Source of the DNA: Gemmatimonadales bacterium | GTDB taxonomy: Bacteria > Gemmatimonadota > Gemmatimonadetes > Gemmatimonadales > GWC2-71-9 | Direction: 5' to 3' | DNA: 64,000 nucleotides | Assembly (NCBI GenBank): GCA_965249575.1 | Contig: OZ252244.1 | Location: forward strand, 512,001-576,000 | In this document: positions 49,585 to 58,697 of the stretch, piece after piece | Layout: the number at the start of each line of letters is the position of its first letter | How positions within the stretch are numbered: the first letter of the stretch is position 1 | The notes under the pieces: generated by a model | What the model saw: the letters and a program-made list of their open reading frames with translations, nothing else | What the model was told of the DNA's origin: nothing | Databases searched by the model: none | Position numbers and translations under genes: made by a program

Positions 49585-50160
49585 CTACTTCACGCACTCC
49601 GGGCAGAGATTGCCCAGGTCGATCCGAAGTTTGCCGCAGGACGAGCAGTAGGGCAGAAGCCCGCCCAAACGCTTCACCTCGGCCACCTGCCGCCGGAGCT
49701 CCATCTGGGCGATGACCTGCCGGGACAACGCCTCGAGCGCATCCTGTTGCCCTCGCGTGAGATTGCGCGGCACGCGGTCAATGACGCAGAGCGTTCCCAT
49801 GGCCTGTCCCTCGGAGATGCGCAGCGGGGACCCCGCATAGAACCGGATCTGTGGATCATCGAGCACGAGCGGGTTCCGCGCAAACCGATCATCCGCGAGC
49901 GCATCCGGCACGATCATCGTCTCGTTGCCCGCGATCACGTGCGCACAAAACGCCACGTCTCGGGGGGTCTGGGTGAGCTCGACGCCGACTCGGGACTTGA
50001 ACCACTGGCGAGTCGAGTCGACGAGGCTGACCATAGCGATGGGCGTTGCACAGATGTGCGCGGCCAGCAGCGTGAGATCGTCGAACGCTTGTTCTGAAGG
50101 CGTATCGAGAATCTCGTACCGCTGGAGCGCCTCGACCCGCTCGGGCTCGTCCGGTAGCAC
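49585..50160 (-). CDS. GAF domain protein with C-terminal CxxC...CxxC tail
   Basis: ERVEALQRYEILDT, FCAH, IRFYAGSPL, GTLCVID; LPYCSSC...LCPEC. Confidence 0.88.
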   Translation of the reverse strand: MLPDEPERVEALQRYEILDTPSEQAFDDLTLLAAHICATPIAMVSLVDSTRQWFKSRVGVELTQTPRDVAFCAHVIAGNETMIVPDALADDRFARNPLVLDDPQIRFYAGSPLRISEGQAMGTLCVIDRVPRNLTRGQQDALEALSRQVIAQMELRRQVAEVKRLGGLLPYCSSCGKLRIDLGNLCPECVK

Positions 50161-50392
50161 CGGCGGCTGTGGATAAGCTCGCCCGGCACGATGGGGTTTC
50201 TTTGACAGACTTCAGGCCTCCAGAGAGTGGACGGCGTAGCCCACGGAATCGGCCGTCCAAGAGCGAATATGCGTGCGCGCCGTCAAGCGAGTCAATGAAC
50301 TGACCATCACCCAACTCGTGAGCGACGTTTCTCATGTTACCTTGCGCGCCACGCATCGAACGCGGTTGGTTTTCGAATTCAGGAGGGCACAG

Positions 50393-50929
50393 GTGGCCTC
50401 ACCAGTGGGACACGCGATGGTGGGCGTTGCATCCGCGGCGGTGGTCGCCCGCGCCCTCGGAGTACCGGGCGCCCCCGCCCTGTGGATTGGGGCATTTGTC
50501 GCGTCCGGACTGCCGGACCTTGATTTGGTCTGCCATTTCCTCGGCAAGGTGGGCCCCCGCTTCCACCGCAACGCATCTCATTCCCTTATAGCACTCGGCA
50601 CGCTCCTCGCGGCCGCCTGGACGGCCGGCCGGCTCCTTGGGATTCCGCTCGACGGCGCGCTCTTCCTCCCGTGGTCGGCAGCCCTCCTCTCCCATCCCCT
50701 CCTAGATTGGGTGACCACCGGACCGTCGCTGGCAAAGCGAGGGTATGGAATCGCGCTTTTCTGGCCGCTCGGCTCGCGACGCTGGTTTCTGAGCCGCCCC
50801 CTGCTCGATCAGGGCGCCGACTGGGTGGCCTTCCGGAGCGGACGCGATGCGTGGAACGCGCTACATCCTGAAATCGTTCGTCTCGGACCTCCCTCGGCAG
50901 CAGCTATCGCATTGGCGTTGTTGATCTAA
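50393..50929 (+). CDS. Membrane metal-dependent hydrolase (YdjM-like)
   Basis: SPVGH, LPDLD, HRNASHS, SHPLLD, LFWP; RBS AGGAGG. Confidence 0.85.
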   Translation: MASPVGHAMVGVASAAVVARALGVPGAPALWIGAFVASGLPDLDLVCHFLGKVGPRFHRNASHSLIALGTLLAAAWTAGRLLGIPLDGALFLPWSAALLSHPLLDWVTTGPSLAKRGYGIALFWPLGSRRWFLSRPLLDQGADWVAFRSGRDAWNALHPEIVRLGPPSAAAIALALLI

Positions 50930-50950
50930 GCGCTGTCCGCACAAAGTCCG

Positions 50951-50966
50951 CGTGAGGAGAATCACC
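50951..50966. promoter_or_regulatory. CRP/FNR-type palindrome
   Basis: cGTGA-GGAGAA-TCACc in the intergenic region upstream of 51128. Confidence 0.35.
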
Positions 50967-51127
50967 CGCCCGCAATCGTGGGAGTCACTGTCTTAACATC
51001 GGTGGGCCCCCACTTTGACTTCCGGCCGGGCTGGATGTCGCCAGCTCGGTACCGAGCGCGGTCGCGACGCCACCTAGGGCGCCCCCATGCGCCGTTACGC
51101 GACCGTTTTCAGTGACGGAGGTTTTGA

Positions 51128-52660
51128 ATGTTTACTCGCAAGTCCCCTAGTCCAGCACTAGGTGCGGTTCTGCTTGCCGCGGCCAGCCTCGCTGTTGGCG
51201 CGTGCTCCGAGACGGTACTGACCGGGCCAAGCGGGTTGAGCCAGGTCGGGGTTTTCGATGAGATCAGCCTGTCGGCGTTCGAGCAGATGCTGAGTGCGAA
51301 CGACGGAAGCATGCAGATAACACTCGGGTCCAGCGGCATGACGGCAGGTGAAGTCGCGCTAGCGCCGGCCGATGGCTCGGGAGATCACGAGCGCATCGAC
51401 AGCCATGTGACGGGTGTCCAACTGAACGGTGATGCCGGGACCCTGCTGCTAGAGCTCGGCGGTCTTTCGGTGTCCTTCGACGCACACACGCGATTCCGTT
51501 CCAAGACCGGCGACGACCTGTCGCTAGCCGCCTTTATCGAACGCCTGGAGGCCGCGTTGGCCGAGGGGGATGTGGCCGCGGTACGGGCTCTCCGGCTGGT
51601 CACCGATCACCCGCGGAGTCCCGACGACGCGTCTTTCTTTGCGGTCGAGCTCCGGCTCCTCACCGGTGAAGGGCCCTTCGAGATCGAGATGTTGGTCAAC
51701 CGGGACAATTTCATCCCGAATGACAACCCTCCACCGGACGGCTGGATCAAGGTGTTGGACCTCCTGATCGAAGTCTCCGTCAGCGACGGCCGCACACGGC
51801 TCGAGGAGAAGCGGTCCGACCCCGACGCGGACTTCGTCGATTTCGAAGGACGCATCCGCTCCGTGGATCTCGAGCAGCACTCCTTTACGCTGGGCGATGG
51901 GACGGTCGTCTACCTGGCAGAGGATACGAGGATCAAGTTCAAGCGCGGTGATGAGCACCGCCTCCCCTCGCTCGCCGCGGTTGCCGAGGCCGTACGGTCC
52001 GGGAAAGAGGTGTTCACGGCGGGCGAAGCGATGGTCAGGGGCCGCGAACCACTCACGCTCGTCGCGATTCACGTCGTTTTCGAAGTCGAGCCACCGCCGC
52101 TCGAAGACTTCAGAGGCATAGTTAGATCCGTAAACGAATCCGAGCACACCGTCACGCTCGCCGATGGAATCGTCGTGCGTCTCACGGAGGATACCCGAAT
52201 CAAGTTCGAAGAAGGATCTCCACACCACCTTCGGACGCTCGGGGCCGTCGCCGAGGCGCTGCGCGCAGGCGAGACGGTTTTCGCCGCCGGTGAAGGTCGC
52301 GTGGTCGGCATCGAGCCGCTGGCGATCGTGGCGAAGTGGGCGGTGTTCGAGGTCGAAGGCCCGCCAGTCGAGGACTTCGAGGGAGTTGTCGAATCGGTGG
52401 ATCCGGCTGCGCACACCGCAACACTCACCAATGGTCTCACGTTGCAGCTCACCGGTGACTCGCACATCAAATACGAGCCCGGCGATTCCAGGCGCCTGCC
52501 TTCTCTCGAGACGGTCGCAGAGGCTCTCCGGAACGGCGAGACTGTCGTAGCGCACGGGGCGGGAACGGTCGAAGAGTCCGCAAGCTCCCGTACGATCGTG
52601 GCGCACTGGGTGTTGTTCGAGGTGGAGAATACAGTCACACCCGCACCCGTCCCCGAGTGA
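51128..52660 (+). CDS. Lipoprotein with three tandem ~89-aa DUF5666-like repeats
   Basis: Lipobox VGAC; three repeats DF.G.(I/V).SV....TL.(D/N)G...L..D..IK...L..VAEA.R.G..V...G...A...VFEVE. Confidence 0.8.
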   Translation: MFTRKSPSPALGAVLLAAASLAVGACSETVLTGPSGLSQVGVFDEISLSAFEQMLSANDGSMQITLGSSGMTAGEVALAPADGSGDHERIDSHVTGVQLNGDAGTLLLELGGLSVSFDAHTRFRSKTGDDLSLAAFIERLEAALAEGDVAAVRALRLVTDHPRSPDDASFFAVELRLLTGEGPFEIEMLVNRDNFIPNDNPPPDGWIKVLDLLIEVSVSDGRTRLEEKRSDPDADFVDFEGRIRSVDLEQHSFTLGDGTVVYLAEDTRIKFKRGDEHRLPSLAAVAEAVRSGKEVFTAGEAMVRGREPLTLVAIHVVFEVEPPPLEDFRGIVRSVNESEHTVTLADGIVVRLTEDTRIKFEEGSPHHLRTLGAVAEALRAGETVFAAGEGRVVGIEPLAIVAKWAVFEVEGPPVEDFEGVVESVDPAAHTATLTNGLTLQLTGDSHIKYEPGDSRRLPSLETVAEALRNGETVVAHGAGTVEESASSRTIVAHWVLFEVENTVTPAPVPE

Positions 52661-52779
52661 GGAGCGGGCAGTAAGGGGGCCACCCTTCCCCACCCCAACC
52701 GAATATCGGTGGGGGCGGGGGCCTGCTCACTGCTTACTGCTCACGGGGCAGGGGTGGGGTGGGGAGGACCCTCCTCACT
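52656..52779 (-). repeat. ~120-bp imperfect palindromic intergenic repeat, copy C
   Basis: Reverse complement aligns to copy B; lies between convergent stop codons. Confidence 0.7.
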
Positions 52780-54139
52780 CGAGCGCGCTCACACGCGCCG
52801 GCGCCGGTGCCCCATCCGGCCCGTTGTCCCAATCCTGCGCGCTGGAGATGTTCGGCATTCCCCACTGATGACCGTTCCAGCCGTCAAAGCCGTCCATCCT
52901 GAAAGCCCAGAACCCAGTCGTCATGTCACTGATCACGACGAGACCATCCGCATTTCGAACGTCGATCCCGAAGGCGCCGTTTGAAACGCCCGTCCCCGTC
53001 TCCGGGGTATCGATTCCTCCCCAACCGCGCTGGTGCGGCCCGTCGTACGTGTCGTAGTAGCCGACCGTATAGGGGTTCGTTGGGTCCATCATGTTGAAAA
53101 CGTGGAGGCCGTCCTCGTAGGTCGACACGAAAACGTACGGCCACCGGACCTCGTGATTGTGCGGCAGCCCCTGCCACCGAGCCGTCCAGGCGCCGATGGG
53201 ACGACTGATCGTCTGCACTTCCTTGTCCAAGCCCGGCTTCAAGTCGAAGAGCCGAAGCGGAGCGTACTGATATTCCGTTTCCGCGACGGCGTAGCGCCCG
53301 TCCGGAGTTGGCGTGAAGGTGTGGCCGTTGGCCATTCCCGCAGCCCCGGTGATCGACGTCAGCAGTTTCGGCTCCTCAGGGCGAGTGACGTCGTAAATGT
53401 GATAGCCGCCCGACCCCGGTCCGTAGTACTTGTCCTGCCGCGTGGCGGGGTCGTAGGCAATGTAGAAGTCGTGGTACCCCCGTTGCGGCGCGAGTGGATT
53501 CTCGGGCACCGGTACGCGACCGATCAACCCCTGTCTCGGGTCACCCGCCAGGAACTTCTGCATGTCGTAGATGTTGGAGTGTGGTCCCGTCGCCGTCGTG
53601 AACAGGAGCACCCGTCCATCGGAGTGTTTGTAGGCGAAAATGTTGTGAAATCCGCCCGGCGTTTCGGGTGCGCGGATGCGCCCAACTTCCCGAACCTGCG
53701 TCGTGTCCGGGAGACCGGTTACGTCCACCACGACGGCACCCAGATCAGCGTTTGGGCTGCCCTGTGCGATCTGGAAGGATTGAACGTCGTAGTACCGCCC
53801 GCCGAGCTTGAAGTACTTGTTGTCCATACCGCCCATGCCCCGGTGCAGGTCCGCATCCTCGATCACCCACGAGTAGAGGTGCTCGGCGTCATCGGGGTCC
53901 TTCAGTCCGATGATGGTGAACCCCATCGAGCTCGTGCTCCCGTGCATCCGGGCCACGTACGCGAACGGCCGCGACATCTCCTGTTCGATCTCGATGTCGG
54001 CCACCGTGAACGTCCTGCCCAGTGGGATGTGCGAGAGAATGCGGACGTTCCGGCTTCCCTGTTGTCCTGGCGGATATTGAGCCTCCGCCGTGGGTGCGAC
54101 CAGCAAGACAAGAGTCGCAATGATCGCCTGGTTTTTCAT
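52775..54139 (-). CDS. Secreted LVIVD-like beta-propeller protein, paralog 4
   Basis: Same motifs; WTARWQGLPHNHEVRWPYVFVS identical to paralog 2; RBS GGAGGTGA. Confidence 0.78.
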   Translation of the reverse strand: MKNQAIIATLVLLVAPTAEAQYPPGQQGSRNVRILSHIPLGRTFTVADIEIEQEMSRPFAYVARMHGSTSSMGFTIIGLKDPDDAEHLYSWVIEDADLHRGMGGMDNKYFKLGGRYYDVQSFQIAQGSPNADLGAVVVDVTGLPDTTQVREVGRIRAPETPGGFHNIFAYKHSDGRVLLFTTATGPHSNIYDMQKFLAGDPRQGLIGRVPVPENPLAPQRGYHDFYIAYDPATRQDKYYGPGSGGYHIYDVTRPEEPKLLTSITGAAGMANGHTFTPTPDGRYAVAETEYQYAPLRLFDLKPGLDKEVQTISRPIGAWTARWQGLPHNHEVRWPYVFVSTYEDGLHVFNMMDPTNPYTVGYYDTYDGPHQRGWGGIDTPETGTGVSNGAFGIDVRNADGLVVISDMTTGFWAFRMDGFDGWNGHQWGMPNISSAQDWDNGPDGAPAPARVSALE

Positions 54140-54378
54140 GCCCTCACCTCCAGAGGTTCGATCGGTGAACCGCTCGCGGTGCGTCGCCCGCTCGCGGCCC
54201 GCCCCCAGCTAGTCCGTGAATTTGCTCCTCCCCTCGATGACCAGCAAGTCGACGGGCAAACCGGAGACCCCGCCCACCCGACGCTCGACACCCCTCCCCT
54301 GGCCCACCGCACCCATCCTGGTCCATCTTCTGACGCAGGTCCGTACCAGCGATCACCGATGTTCAGGAGGCGCGTGAA

Positions 54379-55569
54379 ATGCTGAAGGCCATGATATCCA
54401 AGCCCGGCACTTCGTGGGAACGCCGAGTCGCTGTTTGGCTCGTGCTTGTTTTAGCCCTTCCAGCAGCTGGCGGCGCACAGGAGATACCACGGGCACGAGA
54501 CATCGGAGTCCCGTTCGACGGCGCGCCCGGACCGCTCAATGCGATCACGGACGTCGTGGGCCTCGAGGTGGGCCACACGACGCTCATGTCTGGTGAGGGC
54601 CCGCTGGTCTTGGGAGAGGGCCCGGTTCGGACGGGCGTGACCGCGATTTTCCCCAAGGGGAAGAAATGGGAACCAGTTTACGCCGGCACCTACGCCCTGA
54701 ACGGGTACGGTGACATGACAGGGACCCACTGGGTCAACGAAGGAGGGCTCCTCGGCGGACCGGTCATGATCACCAACACGCAGAGTGTTGGTATCGTGCG
54801 GGACGCCGTCAACGCCTGGTTTCAGGACGTACTCCACCAACCGATCCCCTGGCACCAGCCGGTCGTCGGAGAGACGTCGGACGGGTTTCTCAACGACATC
54901 GGTGGGTTTCACGTCACGCGGGAGCACGCCTTCGAGGCGATGAACGGTGCGCGCACGGGACCGGTCGTGGAGGGAAACGTCGGCGGCGGTACGGGCATGA
55001 CCGCGCACGGCTTCAAGGGGGGGATCGGCACGTCGTCGAGGATGCTCGAACAGTCCCAGGGGGGATATACGGTCGGTGTGCTGGTGCAGGCGAACTACGG
55101 TGGCAGGTCGACATTCACGGTCGCGGGCGTGCCGGTCGGCAAGGAGATCACCGACCTTCAGCGGGACAGGTTTCCCCGGAGCGAGGGTGACCGTGACGGT
55201 TCGATCATCGTCGTCGTGGCAACAGACGCGCCCCTCCTGCCACACCAGCTCGAGCGATTGGCCAGGCGCGTCCCGCTCGGGATCGCCAAGGTCGGTGGGA
55301 TCGGTACGAACGGATCGGGCGACATCTTCATCGCGTTCTCGACAGCCAATCCGGGCGCTGCGGTTCGCCGGGGGGTCGCCGACATCACGATGTTGGCCAA
55401 CAGCAGCATGACCCCCCTGTTTCTCGCAACCGTCCAGGCCACGGAGGAAGCGATCATCAACGCGCTCGTTGCCGCCGAGACGATGACTGGAGCGAATGGG
55501 ACGGTATATGCCCTACCACACGACCGCCTGCGGGAGGTGCTGCGGAAATACAACCGGCTCAAACAGTGA
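54379..55569 (+). CDS. DmpA-like aminopeptidase (P1/S58 family)
   Basis: PGPLNAITDV.G, EGNVGGGTGM, KGGIGTSSR, VQANYG, DG|SIIVVVATDAP, NGSGD. Confidence 0.93.
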   Translation: MLKAMISKPGTSWERRVAVWLVLVLALPAAGGAQEIPRARDIGVPFDGAPGPLNAITDVVGLEVGHTTLMSGEGPLVLGEGPVRTGVTAIFPKGKKWEPVYAGTYALNGYGDMTGTHWVNEGGLLGGPVMITNTQSVGIVRDAVNAWFQDVLHQPIPWHQPVVGETSDGFLNDIGGFHVTREHAFEAMNGARTGPVVEGNVGGGTGMTAHGFKGGIGTSSRMLEQSQGGYTVGVLVQANYGGRSTFTVAGVPVGKEITDLQRDRFPRSEGDRDGSIIVVVATDAPLLPHQLERLARRVPLGIAKVGGIGTNGSGDIFIAFSTANPGAAVRRGVADITMLANSSMTPLFLATVQATEEAIINALVAAETMTGANGTVYALPHDRLREVLRKYNRLKQ

Positions 55570-55572
55570 GAT

Positions 55573-55600
55573 CGGGAGTAGGGGGTAGGGGGTAGGGGGA
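55573..55600. repeat. G-rich heptamer repeat (GGGGGTA-like x4)
   Basis: gggagta gggggta gggggta ggggga after the DmpA-like stop, followed by C-rich partially complementary sequence. Confidence 0.75.
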
Positions 55601-55838
55601 AGGAGGAAGGGAGGCGGCGGCCGTTACCAATCGCTAATCCCTATCCCCACCCCCGATTGCGTTCGAAACCAGCCAGCGGTGAACCGGTGAGAACCGTGTG
55701 AACCGATCCGCGCACCAGTGGAACACGCGGTGGTTTCCGGCATTGAATCAAGATGGATACATTGTTTCATGAGCCTCGAGCCAGACCCGCCGGTCACTTC
55801 TATCGGACCCCTCTACTGAGAAGGCTGGGCGACGCAGC

Positions 55839-58697
55839 ATGATCGATCAGGTCCGCAGAGCACTCGCCGGTCTATACCGAATCGACCGGGAGTTGGGACA
55901 GGGTGGAATGGCGGCCGTCTTTCTGGCCGAGGACCTCAAGCATCACCGGCCCGTGGCCGTCAAGGTGCTGCGGCACGACCTCGCCGCGTCCTTGGGGTCA
56001 GAGCGCTTCCTTCGCGAGATCGAGATCGCGGCCCGGTTGAATCACCCGCACATCCTCCCGGTCCACGATTCCGGCGCGTCTGACGGGGTGCTCTACTACG
56101 TCATGCCGGTGGTCGAGGGCGAGTCGCTGCGGCAGCTGATGAACCGGGAAAAGCAGCTTCCCGTTGAACAAACGCTCGAGATCGCGAGGCAGGTCGCGTC
56201 GGCCCTCGACTACGCGCACCGGCAGGGGGTCGTGCACCGCGATATCAAGCCGGAGAACGTCATGCTCCACCAAGGCGAAGCCATGGTGATGGACTTCGGC
56301 ATTGCCCTGGCGGTGAGCGCGGTGGAGGGCGAGCGGCTCACGGGCACCGGCTTGGCGATCGGTACGCCAGCATACATGAGCCCCGAGCAGGCGACTGGGA
56401 GCGCCGCAATCGACGCCCGCAGCGATATCTACAGCTTGGGCTGTGTCGTATACGAAATGCTGGCCGGCGAGCCACCATACACGGGCCCGACCCCCCAAGC
56501 TATCATGGCACGAAGCCTCACCGATGAAGCGCCCAAGATCCACACTATTCGTCGCGCCGTCCCCGAGTCCGTCGATGCTGCGGTGGCCCAAGCTCTATCC
56601 ACGACCCCGGCCGACCGCCCCGGGACCGCCGGGGAGTTCGTTGCCATGCTCTCCAGCAGTGCTACCGGTGTGAGACGGCGCGGACGCCGCAACGTCCCCC
56701 AATCGCTCATGGCAGCCGGGATCGCCGGGTTGCTCGTTGCCGCAGGGCTTTTTTGGGCATGGCCGCGCGCCGCTGCCAGCTCAGTGACCCCTGGCACCGA
56801 GGTCCTCGCCGTCGTGCCCTTCAACGCGGTGGGGGCAGATGTCGAAGTGCTCGGCGAAGGAATGATCGACCTCCTGTCCACCAACCTCGACGGCGTCGGA
56901 GGCATCCGGACGGTCGACCCGGGCACCGTGTTGAGCCGGTGGCACAGACGCTCCGATGGAGGCGGTGGGTTGGAGACGGCGCTGGCGGTAGGACGGGAGG
57001 TCGAGGCCGGCTCGATCCTCACGGGAAGCGCGGTGCAAGCGGGCAACAGCGTCCGAATCACGGCGGATCTCTATCTCGTGGACGGGCAGAAGCTCGCCAC
57101 CGCGTCCATCGACGGACCAACCGACAGCGTTCTGACATTGGTGGACAGCCTGAGCCTTCGGTTGGTTCGCGAGATCTGGCGAGCTCAGGAGCCCCTCCCC
57201 GGCCTGCGGGTCAGCGCAATCACTACCGGTTCGGCGGACGCGATTCGCGCGTACCTGAGGGGGGAGCAGTACTACCGTCGCGCAGAGTGGGATTCCGCGA
57301 TCGTCTCTTTTCAGGAAGCCGTGGATGCCGATTCGACCTTCGCCCTCGCCTACGCACGGCTGGGATTCAGCCACGGCTGGGTCACGTCACTCTTCGGCAG
57401 GCCGTTTGCCGAGGCAGTGGCAGCGGCCGCCAGGCTCGCAGATCGGCTCCCCGAGCGGGATCGCTCGCTGGTGGTCGCGGGACAGCTCTTCGGCGAATTC
57501 AGCCTCGCGGGCCTGGACACCATGCGAGCCTACGTGGCGCGGTATCCGGGCGATGCCGACGGGTGGTTCCTGCTGGGCGATATCCAATACCACGCCCAGC
57601 CGATTCTGGCGCTCAGTCCCGACGACTATTACGGGCCCTTTGAGCGAGCCGTGGAACTCAACCCGTCACTCGCCGCCGCGCTAATCCATCCCATCGAGCT
57701 CAGCCTCAGCACCGGCGACAGCGTGCGGTTCGCACGGTATCGTGAGCTCTACGAACAGGTGGGGGGAGACCTCCCCGCCGACCTGGGCTCCCTGAATGCC
57801 ATCGCGTGGAGCCGCTCCGATACGACTCTCAAGGCCGTGCGGCGGGCCTTTCGCGAGATCCGCCTGCTCTACGGGAGGTTCCCGGCTTTGTTCTACGGGT
57901 CACCGGCGCTCACGCCCCAGGATCTCCTAGTCGGCCTGGAGATGCCCGCGCGCCTACCGGCTGGTCTCCCCCCAGGCGCCAACCTGATGCAGCGTGGGTC
58001 GGTCTTGCAGAGCCTCGGGCGTCTGGCAGAGGCCAGGGTAGTTGCCGAGTCCCTCAAGGCCTACGATCAGATAGCCGGATATCAGATGCTGCTGGCCCCA
58101 CTGTTTGGCGGCTACGCGTCCCCATCCCTCGCTGACGAAGCGGTGGACCTACTTGCACGCATCTCCCCCGATAGCGCACCGCACCGGGCGATCGTCAGCC
58201 TGGGTCTCAAGGACCTCGAGGGTGCCCGTCAGGCGATTCGGCTGGGGCTAGACCCAGATTTCGAGCTCACCCAGGGCCCGCCCAAATGGCGCAACCTCTT
58301 CACGGCAGCAGCAGGTTCACTCAAGCTGCTCGAGGGAGACACAGCCTCCGGTGTGCAGGAGCTTCGAGCCGCATTCGACGAGATCGGTTTCGGAAACCTG
58401 GCATATGCCGTGACTCCGCTCCGATTCCAGCTGGCAGCGACCCTCGCCGCACGGCCCCAGACCCGGGCCGAGGGCATCCGCCGGCTGCGGTGGGGCTTTC
58501 CCTACGCGCCTCAATATCGTGCAGTCGGCCACATGCTGATCGCGCGCGCACTCGAAGCTGAGGGAGACCGCACCGGAGCCGCCGATGCCTACGCGGAGGT
58601 ATTGCGGCTCTGGAAGGGCGCGGACCCGGAGCTCCAGCCCATGGTTCGGGATGTCCGCGACGCGCTCACCCGCCTGACCGCCGAGCCGGTAAACTAG
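55839..58697 (+). CDS. Ser/Thr protein kinase with TM, TolB-N-like and TPR regions (intact)
   Basis: GQGGMA, VAVK, HRDIKPEN, DFG, GTPAYMSPE; LAVVPF; WKGADPELQP tail. Confidence 0.95.
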   Translation: MIDQVRRALAGLYRIDRELGQGGMAAVFLAEDLKHHRPVAVKVLRHDLAASLGSERFLREIEIAARLNHPHILPVHDSGASDGVLYYVMPVVEGESLRQLMNREKQLPVEQTLEIARQVASALDYAHRQGVVHRDIKPENVMLHQGEAMVMDFGIALAVSAVEGERLTGTGLAIGTPAYMSPEQATGSAAIDARSDIYSLGCVVYEMLAGEPPYTGPTPQAIMARSLTDEAPKIHTIRRAVPESVDAAVAQALSTTPADRPGTAGEFVAMLSSSATGVRRRGRRNVPQSLMAAGIAGLLVAAGLFWAWPRAAASSVTPGTEVLAVVPFNAVGADVEVLGEGMIDLLSTNLDGVGGIRTVDPGTVLSRWHRRSDGGGGLETALAVGREVEAGSILTGSAVQAGNSVRITADLYLVDGQKLATASIDGPTDSVLTLVDSLSLRLVREIWRAQEPLPGLRVSAITTGSADAIRAYLRGEQYYRRAEWDSAIVSFQEAVDADSTFALAYARLGFSHGWVTSLFGRPFAEAVAAAARLADRLPERDRSLVVAGQLFGEFSLAGLDTMRAYVARYPGDADGWFLLGDIQYHAQPILALSPDDYYGPFERAVELNPSLAAALIHPIELSLSTGDSVRFARYRELYEQVGGDLPADLGSLNAIAWSRSDTTLKAVRRAFREIRLLYGRFPALFYGSPALTPQDLLVGLEMPARLPAGLPPGANLMQRGSVLQSLGRLAEARVVAESLKAYDQIAGYQMLLAPLFGGYASPSLADEAVDLLARISPDSAPHRAIVSLGLKDLEGARQAIRLGLDPDFELTQGPPKWRNLFTAAAGSLKLLEGDTASGVQELRAAFDEIGFGNLAYAVTPLRFQLAATLAARPQTRAEGIRRLRWGFPYAPQYRAVGHMLIARALEAEGDRTGAADAYAEVLRLWKGADPELQPMVRDVRDALTRLTAEPVN

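Noticed and set aside
54144..54356. 70-aa ORF between paralog 4 and the DmpA-like gene
   Set aside because: No RBS or motif; more likely a divergent promoter region.
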